Shown here piece by piece: positions 12,501 to 27,167 of a stretch of DNA of 64,000 nt. Position 1 is the first letter of the stretch. Each line of letters starts with the position of its first letter. This DNA is from Haliotis rufescens (lineage: Eukaryota): the NCBI RefSeq assembly GCF_023055435.1, contig NW_025964354.1, positions 2,108,001 to 2,172,000 of the forward strand. The letters are read 5' to 3'. Made by a program: the position numbers and the translations under genes. The notes below the pieces were generated by a model. It did not search any database. It saw nothing but the letters and a program-made list of their open reading frames with translations, and was not told the DNA's origin.

Positions 12501-13850
12501 CAGGGAAGTCTACAAATAGTCTGTGCAAAATCTTTCATGGAGATCAAAATACGCCATTTGTGGATTATTATCCTGATCTCATGTGGTGCCAGATGTAAGT
12601 ATATGTGAATTATATACGTGAAAATAGTACAGTTGAACTGCTTCACTGCACACAGCCCAGCACAGCGAACATTCTCGTGTGTGCTGTTCAGCAGAACGTA
12701 CATTCTCGTGTGCGCTGTACAGTAGAACGTACATACTCGTGTATGCCATTCTTTGGAATGAATCAGGTTCCGATCAATCTCTCAATAAAGATATTCTTTC
12801 AGTCTTGAGATCGTTAAACTCTAGCAATAACCTGACTAATGTAATTATACACGCTGTGCACAGGACTTAACAACAAGCAGGCCTCCATGCGTTAACCCTC
12901 TAACGCGCAGTACGTGATGTCCTCCGATTACATGCTTAGTCATACATGTGGCTGTTCACAAGGGATTTGTTCTAAACGGTTGGACGATGTGTACATATAA
13001 CATGTAGGTAATCGGAGGTGTCGACGTTCCTCTGTCCCGTATTCACCAGTGTTATCACCGGCCTATGCCACTCACTGTGCGATCACTAGCGGAATAACGC
13101 ACCCATTGTATGTGTAATTGAATGCTAAGCCATGTATGTAAAGATGCATAGAAATAAGAGGAAGTTAATCCCCGGGCAGTGACACCACATCAGCCCCTCT
13201 GTGTACAGGTGATATCACTTTAGTATCATTTGTCCAGCAATCATTCACCAGTTATGTATATATATAGCATTCAAACAAGCACAATGACGCCACCACGGGG
13301 GTTTTGACAGCAATGTAGGTCACAGGTACAAGCGACGTCCTGACAATTTCCAACCCCCAGTCCTGAAACACACCACCAAGACGTCAGAGGATACCTTATG
13401 TCGAGTTAAAAGTACACGTTTAGGGTTACGGCATTTTACAACAAATAGGAGAGGGGACATAGGGCTTATCGTCACGTTCAAGTAACTGCAGTTATATAGC
13501 GTTATACATGCATGTGTTCGTGAGCGTGTGTGTGTGTTGTGCGTGGGTGGGTGGGTGGGTGTGTATTTGTGACGTCACACTGTTGTCCTTGCAGTTGATT
13601 CTGCGCCAGGAAATACTAGCCATACGGAACGTGCATTTTAAAACTATAGGTCATTATGCAAAATAAAGTGAAATTTGGGCGTCTTTCCTTTTTCCAGAAT
13701 CAACAGATTTTCATGATATTTCGATTCTGTAGCATATTTAAACGTTTTTTGATATGACGCTGTAGCAAATAGAATTTGAATGGATGTGACATCTAAAACA
13801 CCGTGATTAGGCAAGAATGCTCAACTCGCTGAAGGGTTGGGGGGGGGGGG

Positions 13851-14309
13851 GGTGCGGTCGGGTAGACTTGTGGTTAAAGCGTTCGTTCGTCACGCCAAAG
13901 TGTGAGTGAGTGAGTGAGTGAGTTGAGTTTAACGCCGCTTTTAACAGTATTCCAGTTATATCGCAGCATGTCAGCTTAATGTGGGAGGAAAGCCCGAAGT
14001 GATGCAGGTCTCAGACATTTACCACTTCGGTGAAACCCACGAGCACTGGTATGGTGCTGACAAACCTAGAAACATAATTGGGGCGAACCGGGATTGAAAC
14101 CCACAATCATAGGTTTCTTGCGTGCCCAAGGGACGCAACTCTGCACAGCGAATCGCGGCGCCTTAGACAACTAGGCCACCCGTGCCCCGTCACGCCAAAG
14201 ACCCGGGTTCGATTCCCAACATGGGTACAATGTGTGAAGCTCAGTTCTGGTGTTCCCGGCCATGAAAGTTCTGGAATATTGCTAAAAGTGGCATAAAACC
14301 ATACACACT
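13851..14309 (+). mobile_element. SINE A interrupted by an antisense SINE B (13901-14188)
   Basis: 12-bp TSD GTCACGCCAAAG at 13889-13900 and 14189-14200; the uninterrupted SINE A is at 1031-1194. Confidence 0.85.
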
Positions 14310-16644
14310 ACAACAACAACAACATACTAATATTGAATTAATCACATTTAGAAATAACACAGTATAGCACATGTCACAGTAGTATGACAGATACAAAAAA
14401 AGGGAGATAAGCGATACCTTACTTCTCACATCTAACAAGAAATAAATAGTATTACATTGAAGACAACCACTTTCATATGTTCAATAGACGTTTTTTGCTA
14501 GAACTTTAGTTCATATATAATACTATCCATTCTATGCCATAATAACATTGGACTTTTTTACAAACAATATATATGCTAATCTCATGACCACTCTCTTTAG
14601 TACCTCTCATCTTTAGCTCAACATCATTAGTACGACACCACGAGGTACATTCTCGTTGAGGCAGATGATCCAATCAGCAAACCAAAATCCTCGATATCAT
14701 AAATAAGATTCCCACTCACATGAAATACATGTGCTATTCATTAACCTGGCCCAAACGAAGAACAGGTAAGAGAGAATACCATGAACAATACCTTTGTTAA
14801 TAAAACTGTATAACACAAACAGGAAACGGTTTTGTGCAAATTCTATTGAATTTATATATACAAAATAAAATACAACTTGAAAACATCCATAAATTCCTCA
14901 CTGTTGCAGATAACCAGTGTTTGCATGTATAGCAGTACCAAATAACTGACTCTATGTTAAAGTGGTCGCTGAGATTGTGCAGGCTCATTCGCGATATTTC
15001 ACATTCTCAATTTGCACTTACACAGGTTTTATACGTATTTGAAACGTTAGGGTATTTGTGTTCAATATGTTGAAAAGTCGACTTTTTCTAGTCACAGATG
15101 GTGAGAGTGTCATCGTTAGAGAGACGGAAACGGCCAGATTCAGGTGGCAGGTGCCACGAGGGACATCTGTAACTGCAATGTATGTGCTAAACCCAAATGG
15201 GACCGGCGTCCTCCTCGCTAACACAGCAAACCGGCACCTTGTTCTTCCTTCACACTTCAGTGGGAACTTGTCGGCGGGGCTTGTGTCCTTTGATATGAAC
15301 AATGTCAGCAGATCTGATGCTGGGACTTACACTTGTGGTAACGGAGGACTGAGTGATATCATTCCGAACTGTGGACAGACGCTCGTTGTTCTAGGTGAGT
15401 GTATATCAATGCAATTCGATTTTTAGCCCTACATTTCCATCCTCAGATGCTGAGAGTCAGACTACAGCCATCGCCTACCCTGGAGATAACAGTACAGTCA
15501 GCTTCCTCATCCCACAAGGTGGTCTTGGGACAGGATCTTCATTCTACTTTGTTACACCAAGTGGTGTGATAGCCTTTATTCTTACAGCATCGGACGTATT
15601 CATAGCCACAGATCCATATAAAGATAGAGTAATTTTTGAAGGCAGCTATTCCTCGAGGAACATCACATTTGTGCTGAAGAACATTACAAGATCGGATGCA
15701 GGACATTATAATTGTAGCACTGCGGGGTCTACCAGTCATATACCGAACTGTGGCTTGAAGCTTATAGTCATCGGTATGTTGTTTACATTTGATAAATCAA
15801 CCATGTGCATACGATATGCATGTGTATCAGGAGCCAACTCAAATCAGAATAGAAAGGATTGTGTGTCTTCCTCACCTGACTCTAATAATATATAAAATGA
15901 CATAATATATACAAATAAACGACTTATCATAGCAAAATTTGTGTGTCTTGTAAAAGCGTGCCAACAATCATTTCAGGTGAGCCAACCAAGCCAGTCATAT
16001 CACTTCAATCTACTCCCGTGGTTGGCAGGAACGTCACAATGACGTGCTCATCTACATCTACAACACTGCCTGCAGATCATGGACTGACCTTCACCTACAC
16101 CTGGAAGATAGATGGTGTCAACATTAACTCGCCAGGTGGCGCTAGTCTAACAGTTCTGGTTGAGAGTCATGACCCACAAGATATCACCTGCCACGTGACA
16201 GAGGATGAGGGCCTGGGGGGAGATAGCGACGTTCTGATGATAACTCCTGACTGTAGGTATATAACTATAGATTACCAGATACACATCGGTATGTGGTGGT
16301 ACTTGTTGTTAGACAGTGTAACCACAGTGGAATGTCTACAACTTTGAACTGCATACAAATGGTGTAATGCCAAGGTTACCGTCACTCTGAACACTATTCC
16401 GATTGAATTAAACTGAACAAAGATAGATTATACTTTTCCTAACTTGCCTGTACAGCACAAAGTGGAAGGTTCATAATGTATATATAAATACTCAATAGTG
16501 TAATATTACTTGCTGAACAAAATACCCTGTAATGATAAATATGCTATTTGAAAGCACTACTGTACGTGTGTATTGGGAAAGTGTTGCTTGGTTTGTAATA
16601 TATATTATAAAAAAAGGCTTTGAGTTTGAATTGATCATAGTATA

Positions 16645-18224
16645 CACATGCACAACAGTTAAGCGCCACCGACCATATTTGTGAGCTGTTTCTTTCTAAT
16701 ATAACGAGATGTATGTACGAGTGTTATAAGCCGTATATGTAAACCTCATGTGATGCAAAAGTTGTCCCAAAGCAAGTTTTTCTTGTGTTCCAAAAGAATA
16801 TGAGCAGAATGGAATTTTACCCAAGACCAGAAATTGAAGGATTAGAAAACATTGAAAAACTTTTTCTGTCATGTAACTGTCATGATATCAGCAGATCAAA
16901 TCAGTTGTCACATAGACACCCTAGGGTGTGCAGAGTCTATTGCAAGACAGAAACGTCAGTAACGTGTGTATGATCCACGGACATTGACCACAGCTTCAAC
17001 CCTACGCCCTCATACTCATTACAAGTCGTTGAATGCTTCTCTGAGGCAAACGGATCCATTCTTCATGAAGTGCGGCTTCAAGTCCAGCGAGATTTTGAAC
17101 TGGGGGATCACTATGTCTGATTTTCCGGCCAAGAATGTCCAAGAGATGCTCAATCGGATTAAGATCCGGACTACAGGCCGGCCAAGGAAGAGTAACAATA
17201 GCTTCTTGACGCAAATAAGCCAAAACTGCCCGAGATCTTTGTGGTCTAGCATTGTCGTCCATGTAAACAGGTCTTGTCTGAAGAGGATGGTTGTCTTAAT
17301 GAGGGACTACCACTGGACAAAGAACGGCATCTTGGCATTGTTAGCAATTCAGGTTTCCACGAATTGTCACCAGCGGAAGTTTGCAGCCGAAGGAAACACA
17401 ACCCCCTGCCACATGCTAAGGTCTTCTGGATGTTACTTGGTGCAAAACGAGCATTACGTTGCCTCCAAACACGTATTCGACCATCAACAGTTCAAAGGAG
17501 CATTCGACACTCGTCAGACCAATGGATCCTTCTCCAGTTGGCCAAGTTCCATCGACTATGGGCACAACACCATATCAGACGATTCCCCATGTGCCTCTCA
17601 GTCAGTTGAGTGAGTGAGTGAGTGAGTGAGTATGGTTTTACGCCGCTTTTAGCAATATGCCAGCAATATCACGGCGAAGACACCATAAATGGGCTTCACA
17701 CATTGTACCCATGTCGGGAATCGAACCTGGGTCTTCGGCGTGACGAGCGAACGCTTTAACCACTAGGCTACCCGACCGCCCCCAGTCAGTTGAGGACGTT
17801 TTACTGGTCTTCTGGCGTTATATCTGATGGATAATTCACTGCAGTCTTAAATCTGTTCATGTGGCAAATGGATTTCGTCTGACTATCCTTAAAAGATGTC
17901 TATCCTCTCTGTTAGAGGTCTTTCTTGGACTAAGAGACCTATGCCTGTCATTGACATCATTGGTTTGACCATGTTTGACAATCAAACGAGTGATAACACT
18001 GATGACGACCCATTTGTCTTGCAGTGGCCCTGCATGACATGCCAGCAATTTTCATGCCTATCACTTGCCATCTTTCAGCGTTCGTTTCCTTTCCTTGTGG
18101 TATCTGGACAGATGTGGGTTCATGAAACTATGGAGGCCTAATTCAATCATCTTTCGTATTTCTGATTCCCACACGTGAAATCAAGAGACTATGAATATGG
18201 TGGCGCTTAATTTTTGTGCATGTG
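16645..18224 (-). mobile_element. Tc1/mariner (DD34E) DNA transposon, defective, with nested SINE A (17611-17782)
   Basis: TA-flanked 26-bp TIRs CACATGCACAACAGTTAAGCGCCACC / GGTGGCGCTTAATTTTTGTGCATGTG. Minus-strand motifs WSDEC, MDDNARP and WPACSPDLNPIE with 34 residues between D and E. SINE TSD CAGTCAGTTGAG. Confidence 0.92.
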
Positions 18225-18680
18225 TATATAACACTATATATATTTATATTCTAAAACGACACATGTGTTTCTCCTTGATGATACAAATGGAACGTTTAGA
18301 AGAACGTATTCAGTATTGAGTTATATTTCTAATTACTTTCGTTTATGTAACTAAAAACCAAGTTTGAATTGATTCGTAGCACTGATCTTACAGATCCTCC
18401 GTACAATGCCAGCATCTCGTCAACATCTGTACAAGTCAAGGAGGCTGACGTCGTACCCCAGGTCACGTGTGTCAGCACGTGTCGACCTGCATGCTCATAT
18501 TCCTGGAAACAAGGATCTCAGACAGTCGTGACTGGACAGGTCCTCAGTCTTGGTGCAGCAATTAGGACCATGGCTGGCAGCTACGTGTGCACGGCAACTA
18601 ACACATATGGCATAACACAGAGTCCTGCTGTTTCACTTGATGTCCAATGTGCGTATGGCTGCATTTAATGTTAGAGTAAA

Positions 18681-18994
18681 CCATGCTTGTGATAAGAGGC
18701 GACGAACGGGATCTGGCCCTCTGACTTGCGTAGATCGATGCTCATGATTTCAATCACTGGATTGTCTGGTCCAGAAACGATTCAACAACAACTGGCGTTA
18801 AACAACAAACAAATCATGTATAATAAAATAGAGTCTGGATCAGACAATAGAGTAATTGACATCATGAGCATCAATTTACGGCAATTGTGATAACATGACA
18901 AACAACCAAAGATATACATGTAACATCACCACGGCTGATAACCCAATCCCTCTGGTCGCCTTTTACGATCCATTGTAAACCGGAAACTTCACGG
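18681..18994. mobile_element. Tail-to-tail pair of degenerate SINE family C fragments
   Basis: Both halves match the element at 58279-58544, in opposite orientations. Also at ~33079-33385 and ~48880-49186; collapsed in copy 1 (~4873-4936). Confidence 0.65.
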
Positions 18995-19097
18995 CGTGCT
19001 GAGAATGATTATTAAAGTGAATGAAACATGATGACATGCTGGAACTAGTTTGTATGAAATATGGAATATAAAACACAGGTGGTCAAATTTACTTGAG

Positions 19098-19258
19098 TGA
19101 GTGATAATGGTTTTACACCGCTTTTAGCAATATTCCAGCAATATCATGGCGGGGCCAGCAGAAATGGGCTTCACACATTGTACCCATGTGGGGAATCGAA
19201 CCCGGGTCTTCGGCGTGACGACCGAACGCTTTAACCACTAGGCTACCCCACCAACCCC
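19098..19258 (-). mobile_element. SINE family A
   Basis: Same structure and site as 4937-5095. Confidence 0.85.
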
Positions 19259-22200
19259 AAACTTACTTGATACATCATATATATTTACAGAGATGGTTTG
19301 CATATTTCAGCGTCTTCACTGTTGTATTGACATATTTTATCTAAAATGAAGTGAAGATACATATCACAATGTTTCTTAGTTTGCATAATTTAGACGAGTC
19401 GCATTACAACTACGACGGATGGACAAAGTAAAGGTATAATTTAAATCCGCCTTTCACTCTTCAGATAAACCATCTGCAGTTTTAATGGCTAATGGTCAGT
19501 CCAATGCAGCTGGAGTTGACGAAAGAGGCTCTGTGGTTCTGTCATGCGCAGTAGACAGTAATCCTTTCTCCAGCATCTCCATCATGAACGGCACTATTCG
19601 ACTGAACCATGTGACAGAGGCAGCCACCGCCAGTTTCAACTGGACTGGAGCGGATTGTCTTGACGGCGGCGTCTACACGTGTCTTGCAAGGAACATAGTT
19701 GGTGAAATGACAGCATCAGTAACAGTAAATATAAAATGTAGGTACCTTGATGAGACTCTAAAGGTATCTGGTTTAATAACCAAGATATTCACACATCTAT
19801 TGATATATTCTACAGCCACGTATGCCACCTGGAAGTAGTATGTCCAATATTGAGCGTAAATTTTATGGGAAATTAGAAGGTGATATGTTGACTCATATCC
19901 TCATACTGACTTGTCAAGAAGCAATGTATTTGACAAGAAGGACGACTTTTCGATAAAGAAACTGCACTGATGTATAAAACTATAAAGTCACTGTCATTGC
20001 AATAAAATACTTGACAAAGAAATATTTTCAATGCAGGGAGAAACACGTGAAAAGAATTACTTCTTACATTAAAGGTTCCCCGCGGCTCAATTTCCAATAC
20101 CCCCCAGGGAGGGACGTGTATGTTGACATAGGACAGCCAATCAGATTACAGGTGTACATCCTGGCCTTTCCACAACCGACTTTCACCTGGTTTAAACAGA
20201 ATGGAGGTAGTGCAGAACCTGTCGACCTGTCAAAATGGCGCCAGTATGACGAGGCCATGACGTCATATATTGTCACAGATATTGTTGAAGAGACGGATTA
20301 TGGAGTGTATTATGTAAACGTCACAAACACACTTGGAAGGTTCCGAATGCAATTTCAACTTGGAAAGAAAGGTAAGTTTGAATGAAATAATTGAACTCGC
20401 CTTTTACTTGCAATATAAGTAGTTTTACGGAAACACTATTATAGGAAACTGATTAAGGTATGTTATTGTTTGTGTCCATGTTTGCAAAGGACAACTGTAA
20501 CAAATTAATTTTTGACTGATAACACACACATATATACACACCCTTAGAGTGATTGTTTTCTTGTGATCATATCATGAAACTCCACGTCGTTTCCTTGTTC
20601 AATCTATACTATGTCCCTCATCACATACAGCAACGCTTTCTGTACCACTTCCAGTGTCAAAACAAAGCCGGCAGCTACATCCTTCAGTGGACGCCTGGTG
20701 GTGATGATGGGACAAGAGGCGTAGGGTTCCTGGTGGAACAAAGACTGCCACAGGCTAACTGGACCACAGTCTCCGCCATTGTTGAAAGTGATGGTGTGAG
20801 GAGACAGGTGCAGCTACCTGAGTCTGGAGACAGGACCGTCTTCTTCAGGCTCTATGCTACAGAGGGCGCTGCAAGGACGTCACCAGTGACGGCATCATGT
20901 ACAACAGTCACTGCTGCAGTCGACAATGGTATGTCAAACCGATAATGATTTTAGCGGTTCGTCGTTTGAGTTTTTTGTAGCTCACGTTTATAACGTCTCC
21001 AAGAAAGGTATTCTTAATTAGAATAAGGAAAGATGATCATTAAACTTGAAGTTTTCACACCCCTTCCATGGTTTGAGAATACAATGAAGCAGGTTAAATG
21101 TGATGCACTTCAAGACAGACCAAAGGTCTAAGCAACAATATATAATTTCTCTAACCTGGGCGTTCGGATATCATATCTACCCGATGACTTGTTTTGATAG
21201 ATGAAGTTATCCAAACTAACATCTCTTTCTCTGTGTTCAGGTGAGCTATCGTTTGGAGCAGGAGTGGGCGTTGGCTTTGGTGTTGCAGTAGCTGTTGTAG
21301 CAGTGTCCCTGGCTGTTGTTTGCATCTGCAGGAAGAAGTGCCTGTCATTGAAGAATGGTATGAAAACACAATGTGCATGGCTTATCAAGATCAGAGATGT
21401 TCGTCTCCCCTTAGACAAATCAGTAGCTCATTTTATATTGCCATATGATATGAATGACGCTAAGACGTCTCTCGGAAATAAACACCTCCATTATAAACAT
21501 GAAAATATTTGCAAAATAGCTGTCGACCTGTATTTTGAGCAGGCCTATGTATTTCATTCTTTTGTAAGGAGTGGTTAGAATTATATGAAACAGAAAATGT
21601 AAACATGAGCTGCACCACACTGTTAATACACTATTGATGACTGGGATGATTTGATCACGCAATAATTGTTACGAACATGACACGGGTACAAGCTGTTATA
21701 GTGTGGGAGATCTGTGTTTCTAGATCCGTCGAGGCAGAAGGAAGAGGAATCTGTGTAAGTACTTGTGGCTCTTTCTATACTTAACTAAGTGAGAACTGAA
21801 ACATGTTGCTGAATTGAAAGTGGAACAGATGTGTAGATCAGTACCCTGTTATTACTGTATCAGTATAGACTATATCATTTGTGATAATACGTAATTCGCA
21901 GAGGAAAGTTAATTCATGTTATATGGACACACACAATAGAATATCCTGCAATGTGACGCTACTGTTTCTAAACAGATATCATGAGGTAGCTGCATCTACC
22001 GTGACAACTCAGCACACTCGCCAGCAACATCGTCAGTCAGGTAAAACAAGGATTATAGACTGGACATTAGTTACATTCCTGTTTACTGGACCCGAAAAAA
22101 ACAATATTGACTGTGGAAGAAGACGGTGGTCGATGTTGTTTTGTTTACCATAAAGCATTTAGTGGCCTAAAATATGATTGTTTTTATGTAAGAAAGCGAC

Positions 22201-23379
22201 AAAGGCAGATTCAAAATAGAATGACATGAGATCGCTCCTTGGCGAATGAAATGGCGGAATTTCAAGTACATAAAGAAAAGAGGTATATATCCAATCCTTG
22301 TCAACCAATGCTAGGATTCAATGCGAATGTTTCAACCTGGTTATCGACGATCGTTTCAGTGATATGCAGGTCGTATGTCCTTGTTTCATAAAATATTGAG
22401 GTCACAAGGAGGATTAAGATTGATTACCCACCACTAGTATTTATTGCGAGCTCAATCTTGTCACAAATAGGTTTACTGTGCATGATTTGTACTGGGGGCG
22501 ACCACAGGCTGATGTGTAATAATATCATTACAGGCGCGGGGACATCTGGCAGCACTTACGACGCCCTCACATCTGACAGGGACACGCCAACTGAAGCACC
22601 AACTTACGAGAAACTAGAGAAACAGTACGTGAACATGGCGGTGTCTGCTGATGATGAGACCTAACTGCAAAGACCAAATTGTGTACAATGTACGAAGGTC
22701 AAAGCAGCACATTCACATGTCTCGTTATACGTCTTCCATGAGGTCTGGGCTTACATCAGTCGCTTGACTCTATCTTTCCATTTGAAAACGTCTGAGACGC
22801 TATCATTCGAAGTGCCGAGTTACGTCCCTTAGGTGTGCCAGACGCCCGTGATCGTGTGTCTCTCAGATTTAGTTGTGGTTACCCTTCGTAGCTTTTCCGC
22901 ACCGTACCTCTGATCGTGGGTTTCTTCAAATCAGTTTTCCTCCTGCACCAAGCGTTGACGCAATATATATAACTGAAGATTTCCTACACAGCTGCCTTAA
23001 ACTCCTTACCCAATAAGAGCTACTGATTTCAGAGATGTACATTGTTTCACCAAAGCAAGCTTATTTTCAGAAACTTATACATATTTACATGTATATACAT
23101 ATACATATTTTTAAAGACAGCTTAAGAGAGATTATGTATTGTCTGAGGATGGTTAGATATAGCTGTAGTCACTAAAGCACTGTGCAGTAGGGAACAATAC
23201 GGCGGGCTTCACAAACACACATGCCACGACATAGTATACACATGAAGCCTCATAGTAGACTTGACGTACGTATGATGCGCTAACTTATTTTCCAATCTCG
23301 TGTGCGGAATTATCGTTATGATATTGAGGGGCAGCATTACCCAATCGTCACTCAGTTCTCTATGTAAATTTGCATTTCT

Positions 23380-23540
23380 TGGGCGTACCAGAAAACTACG
23401 ACCTTCGGTTCGAGTACCAGATTCGCCCTCTTTATAATTCTAGGTTTGTCAGCACCATACCCATGCTCGTGAGTTTCACCAGAGTTGACTAGCTCTGATA
23501 ATAATACTCACCAAAGCACTGTTAGCTAACTCACTCAGCT
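23380..23540 (+). mobile_element. Old degenerate SINE B fragment in the 3' UTR region
   Basis: ggttcgagtacc..ttcgccc..tctaggtttgtcagcaccatacc..gtttcacc matches the SINE B body. Also ~38743-38910 and ~55001-55160; absent in copy 1. Confidence 0.6.
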
Positions 23541-24941
23541 AAACAATTGTTCAACAAACTGTATACGCTCAAAATATAAATATGATTTTGAAAATGTACA
23601 TTATTATGAGTCTTACTTCTTTCATTTGGAGACTCTTGATATCCGTTAGCTGTTGCGACAAGAAGATTATGATAATACCTGACACCAGCTGTGACAATCA
23701 ACTCACAGAGCCTATGCCACGATCCAAATCTTTCCCACCATTGGAAACATCATTGCTGACAGTGATGACATGGTTTTTCCCCAACATGCAATAAGCACTG
23801 TGTGTATCTTCTGGAGAAAACCGTTGTTTCCGTGATTGCCTGCATCGTCAAGCGGAATGTCAGGGGTATCAAAAGATAATAAAATGATAGTACTTGTTGT
23901 TACCCTGCCTGGCACTCGGCATTAAGGAGATACAGTACAATGTGTCTCAGTTGGGTATCTCTTCACACCATTACTGTATAACTGGCATAAGTCTAGACTC
24001 GTACAAGCAGCGGCACATACACATACATCCACGTCGCTTTGCAGTGCAATGATAATGAAAGTCTTTTCAAAACCCATTTCATCTCCCCTTTGTTTGGCAA
24101 CGGTCGCAGTTTTAACAGCTGGTTATTCATCATAGTCTTCTCGAGGTTTGACAAGTCAGACCATAAGAAAAAAAGTGTTAATCTCTGTTACAAATCTACA
24201 AAATTACTATATAAACTATGTACTTTAATAAATATGTCAATTGTCAAGCAGACTGAGTTGTTTGATCCCCACCTTCAGCAGTGTTAAATTCGCACGTGCA
24301 ACGCAAGGTTCATGTGAACGTGACGGCCTTGAAGCTTCTTTATTCTTCAGGGAAAGTGAGTGTTATGTTTTTATGCCACTTTCAGCTATTTTCCAGCAAT
24401 GATGAATGACTTATACATGTACAAATTTTCCAGCCCCAAAGCTGGAAACATGAAGAATTTCACCGAAGTGTCTCTGATATCAAATATATCAACACAATTC
24501 TTACAAGAGAAAAAATTCCAAGGCTTGAGCGATGATAAAGACAGGAGGTATTTATCATCCAAAATCACAGTCATGGTATGAGACAATAGATCCATTGAGT
24601 TCATTATGTTCATTATGAAAAACACACAGAATATATTAAATAGATTTCAATATAATTATTTAAATAGTATCTACAGGTTTCCAGATCATCTATGCACAGA
24701 ACAGAATCAGAATTTATCACATTATTAACCATTCACCCAGTGATTATACATAACGATAAATAACATATACATGTATATGTACAAATATTACATATATTTT
24801 CCAGTATCATTACATAACATTCCCCCAAGACTGGAAACATAAAGAATCTCACCGGAGTGTCTTTTGACATCAAATATATCAACACGGGTCTTTAAAGTGT
24901 AAAATTCCAGAATTGAGTGATGGTAAAGACAGGTGGGTGAG

Positions 24942-25107
24942 TGAGTGAGTGAGTTCGGTTTTACGCCGCTTTTAGCAATATTCCAGCAATATCACGGCGG
25001 GGGACACCAGAAATGGGCTTCACACATTGTACCCATGTTGGGAATCGAACTCGGGTCTTCGGCGTGACGAGTGAACGCTTTAACCACTAGGCTACCCGAC
25101 CGCCCCC
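24942..25107 (-). mobile_element. SINE family A, young insertion
   Basis: TSD CAGGTGGGTGAG at 24930-24941 and 25108-25119; empty homologous sites near 10478 and 40269. Confidence 0.92.
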
Positions 25108-27167
25108 CAGGTGGGTGAGATTTTATTTATCATCCAAAATCATTCTTCCAACTTTTACATTTTGTAAACAGTAATAATTAACTACTGTCTTGAGTGTTGA
25201 AAATACAGTTAACCATCTTCAGCAGCAGAGAGTATTGATGTCATTTGATTGTGATGTCCATGCAACTGAAGATTTTACAATAGTCTGTTTTGAAAAATGT
25301 ACATACAAGATCAAATTTTCACTCAACCCTCCTTGGTTAAACAATCATTTGATCAACATGAAACAAACTAATGTGTCATGATTTATGTTTATTTGAGTCG
25401 TATCAAGACACTTTTGCTGAACAATAACTATTTCAGTGAACATTGTCATACAATGAAGCAAATAACTTCAACTGTGAGTATTGAACTTTCCACAATAATG
25501 TTTGCGCTCGTTGAAAGAGAGGATCAAGTGTATATAACACCAAATTAAAAATGCATTATCGGCCATACCACGTATGCTAACTGCGTCCGATGACTTTAAT
25601 GGTAGTGTAGCCGGGTGGTGGTGCTAACTCTGAATGAGTTATAGCCACATAAGTACCACCCACTTATAACCCCCTAGTATTCATTCTATACATAAATACA
25701 TATATACATACATATATACATGTTCATCTATTTATCACCATCACATCATTCTGTGTTCATTATATGTTGTCTTTGTCTGCAGTTGAATGTCAGCCAACTA
25801 ACATCAACCCTGATACCCTTATGCAGCCTCTGTGATTTCTCCAGCTTCACCTGGACTTGTTATGCAATGTTTCATCAAAGTGCTATTATTTACAAAGGAA
25901 ACGTTAAGAGGTTGTGATCAGTGAATTAGCTTGTGTTCCCAATATCGAAGTATGGAACATTCTGATAATAGACTACATGTATAACACGATTGTGTATAAG
26001 ACTTGCTATTCAGTCAGTGACAAGGAGTTACATGTAACGTGATCAGCGTGACGCCAGAGAGTATTCGTCAAGTTCCCAGTGAGACAAATTCATTAATCGG
26101 TACAAAGCAATGAATAGTGCAGCAACTTGACATATATACCTAATGATTGCCGTCAAATAGTTATCGCCTTGTAGCAGACTGTATAAATTAAATTTGTCAA
26201 ACTATCCTTTCGTCTACGTTCAAGTATGGCCCATGCGAGAACATTATTTTCTAAGTATCTAAGTATGAGAATGTTCGTGACCCAAATTGACTCTTTCACC
26301 CTTTTGTACTCTTATTAGCTACATCCCAGAAGAAGGAATTGCTCATAGCTGGGAAATATTTGCTGAAAACCTAAAAAAATATGCATTTTGTTAATTTATA
26401 CATTTTAGTCTTAATTATGCATTTAGTGCTTTTCATTAGTCCCACTTGTTAAAATGAAATGAACAAAGTTCACATCAATATTAACTCATCTGGTAACATT
26501 CATGGTTATGAATTGTTTGACAGGCATTACTTAGAAGCTGACGGATGACAAAGTAGACACAATTTGTTAAGGCGGCGTTTCGGTATAGATCCTTGTTTCG
26601 TTTTCAAGTTTAAATGTTTGCCTAATGTCTCATATTATGCATATTCACAGTCAGAAAGAGCCCTTATTCCACCTTATGCGTTGATGCCATTGCAAAGACT
26701 ATTGTGATCATGAAGTCATATTGTCAAGTGACCCGGTCAATTAAGACAATGAACAGAGTTACGTCCCATAGTCGTCCCAGGATCCTAAATTCTCTCTGAT
26801 TACGATTATTGTTCTGTCAGCACAACATCCTTGCTCGTTGGTTTCACAACAATCAATCTTTGCTCTTTCTCGCTCATTAAGCTGACACAGTGTAATACAA
26901 CCTGAATACTGCTTAAAGCCCCTTTAAACCAACTCTCTAACACCAAGGCACAATAATGTACACAACGACCGCCTTAACATGACATAGATATTAATGCGTG
27001 GTTGACGGGTATATATGTGTTGTTGCTTTGTGTCACAGTAACACTTACCCCTGTACACACCACCCGGAAGTTGAAAGGCTCACCTGAAGTAGATATACCC
27101 GACTACATACCAACATGTGTATATGTCAGTTCAGGGAAGTCTACAAATAGTCTGTGCAAAATCTTTC

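Larger units (their letters stand above)
12537..22664 (+). pseudogene. IgSF receptor paralogue 2 (in-frame 15-nt deletion in V1; 5-nt frameshift in FnIII): pseudogene, secreted form or FnIII-skipped form
   Basis: Exons: leader 12537-12594, V1 15098-15394 (297 vs 312 nt), V2 15447-15773, Ig3 15977-16252, Ig4 18394-18648, Ig5 19465-19737, Ig6 20075-20371, FnIII 20631-20928 (298 vs 303 nt; GGAGA lost; TGA at 20702-20704), TM 21241-21357, cyt1 21724-21754, cyt2 21976-22040, cyt3 22534-22664. Confidence 0.65.

Noticed and set aside
12371-12598. ORF MTGIYVLLLCVTVTL.. as a secreted peptide
   Set aside because: Starts at TTG, the frame is not kept in copy 4, and the real leader lies in another frame within it.
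16966-17613. 215-aa plus-strand ORF
   Set aside because: It is the antisense shadow of the Tc1 transposase.
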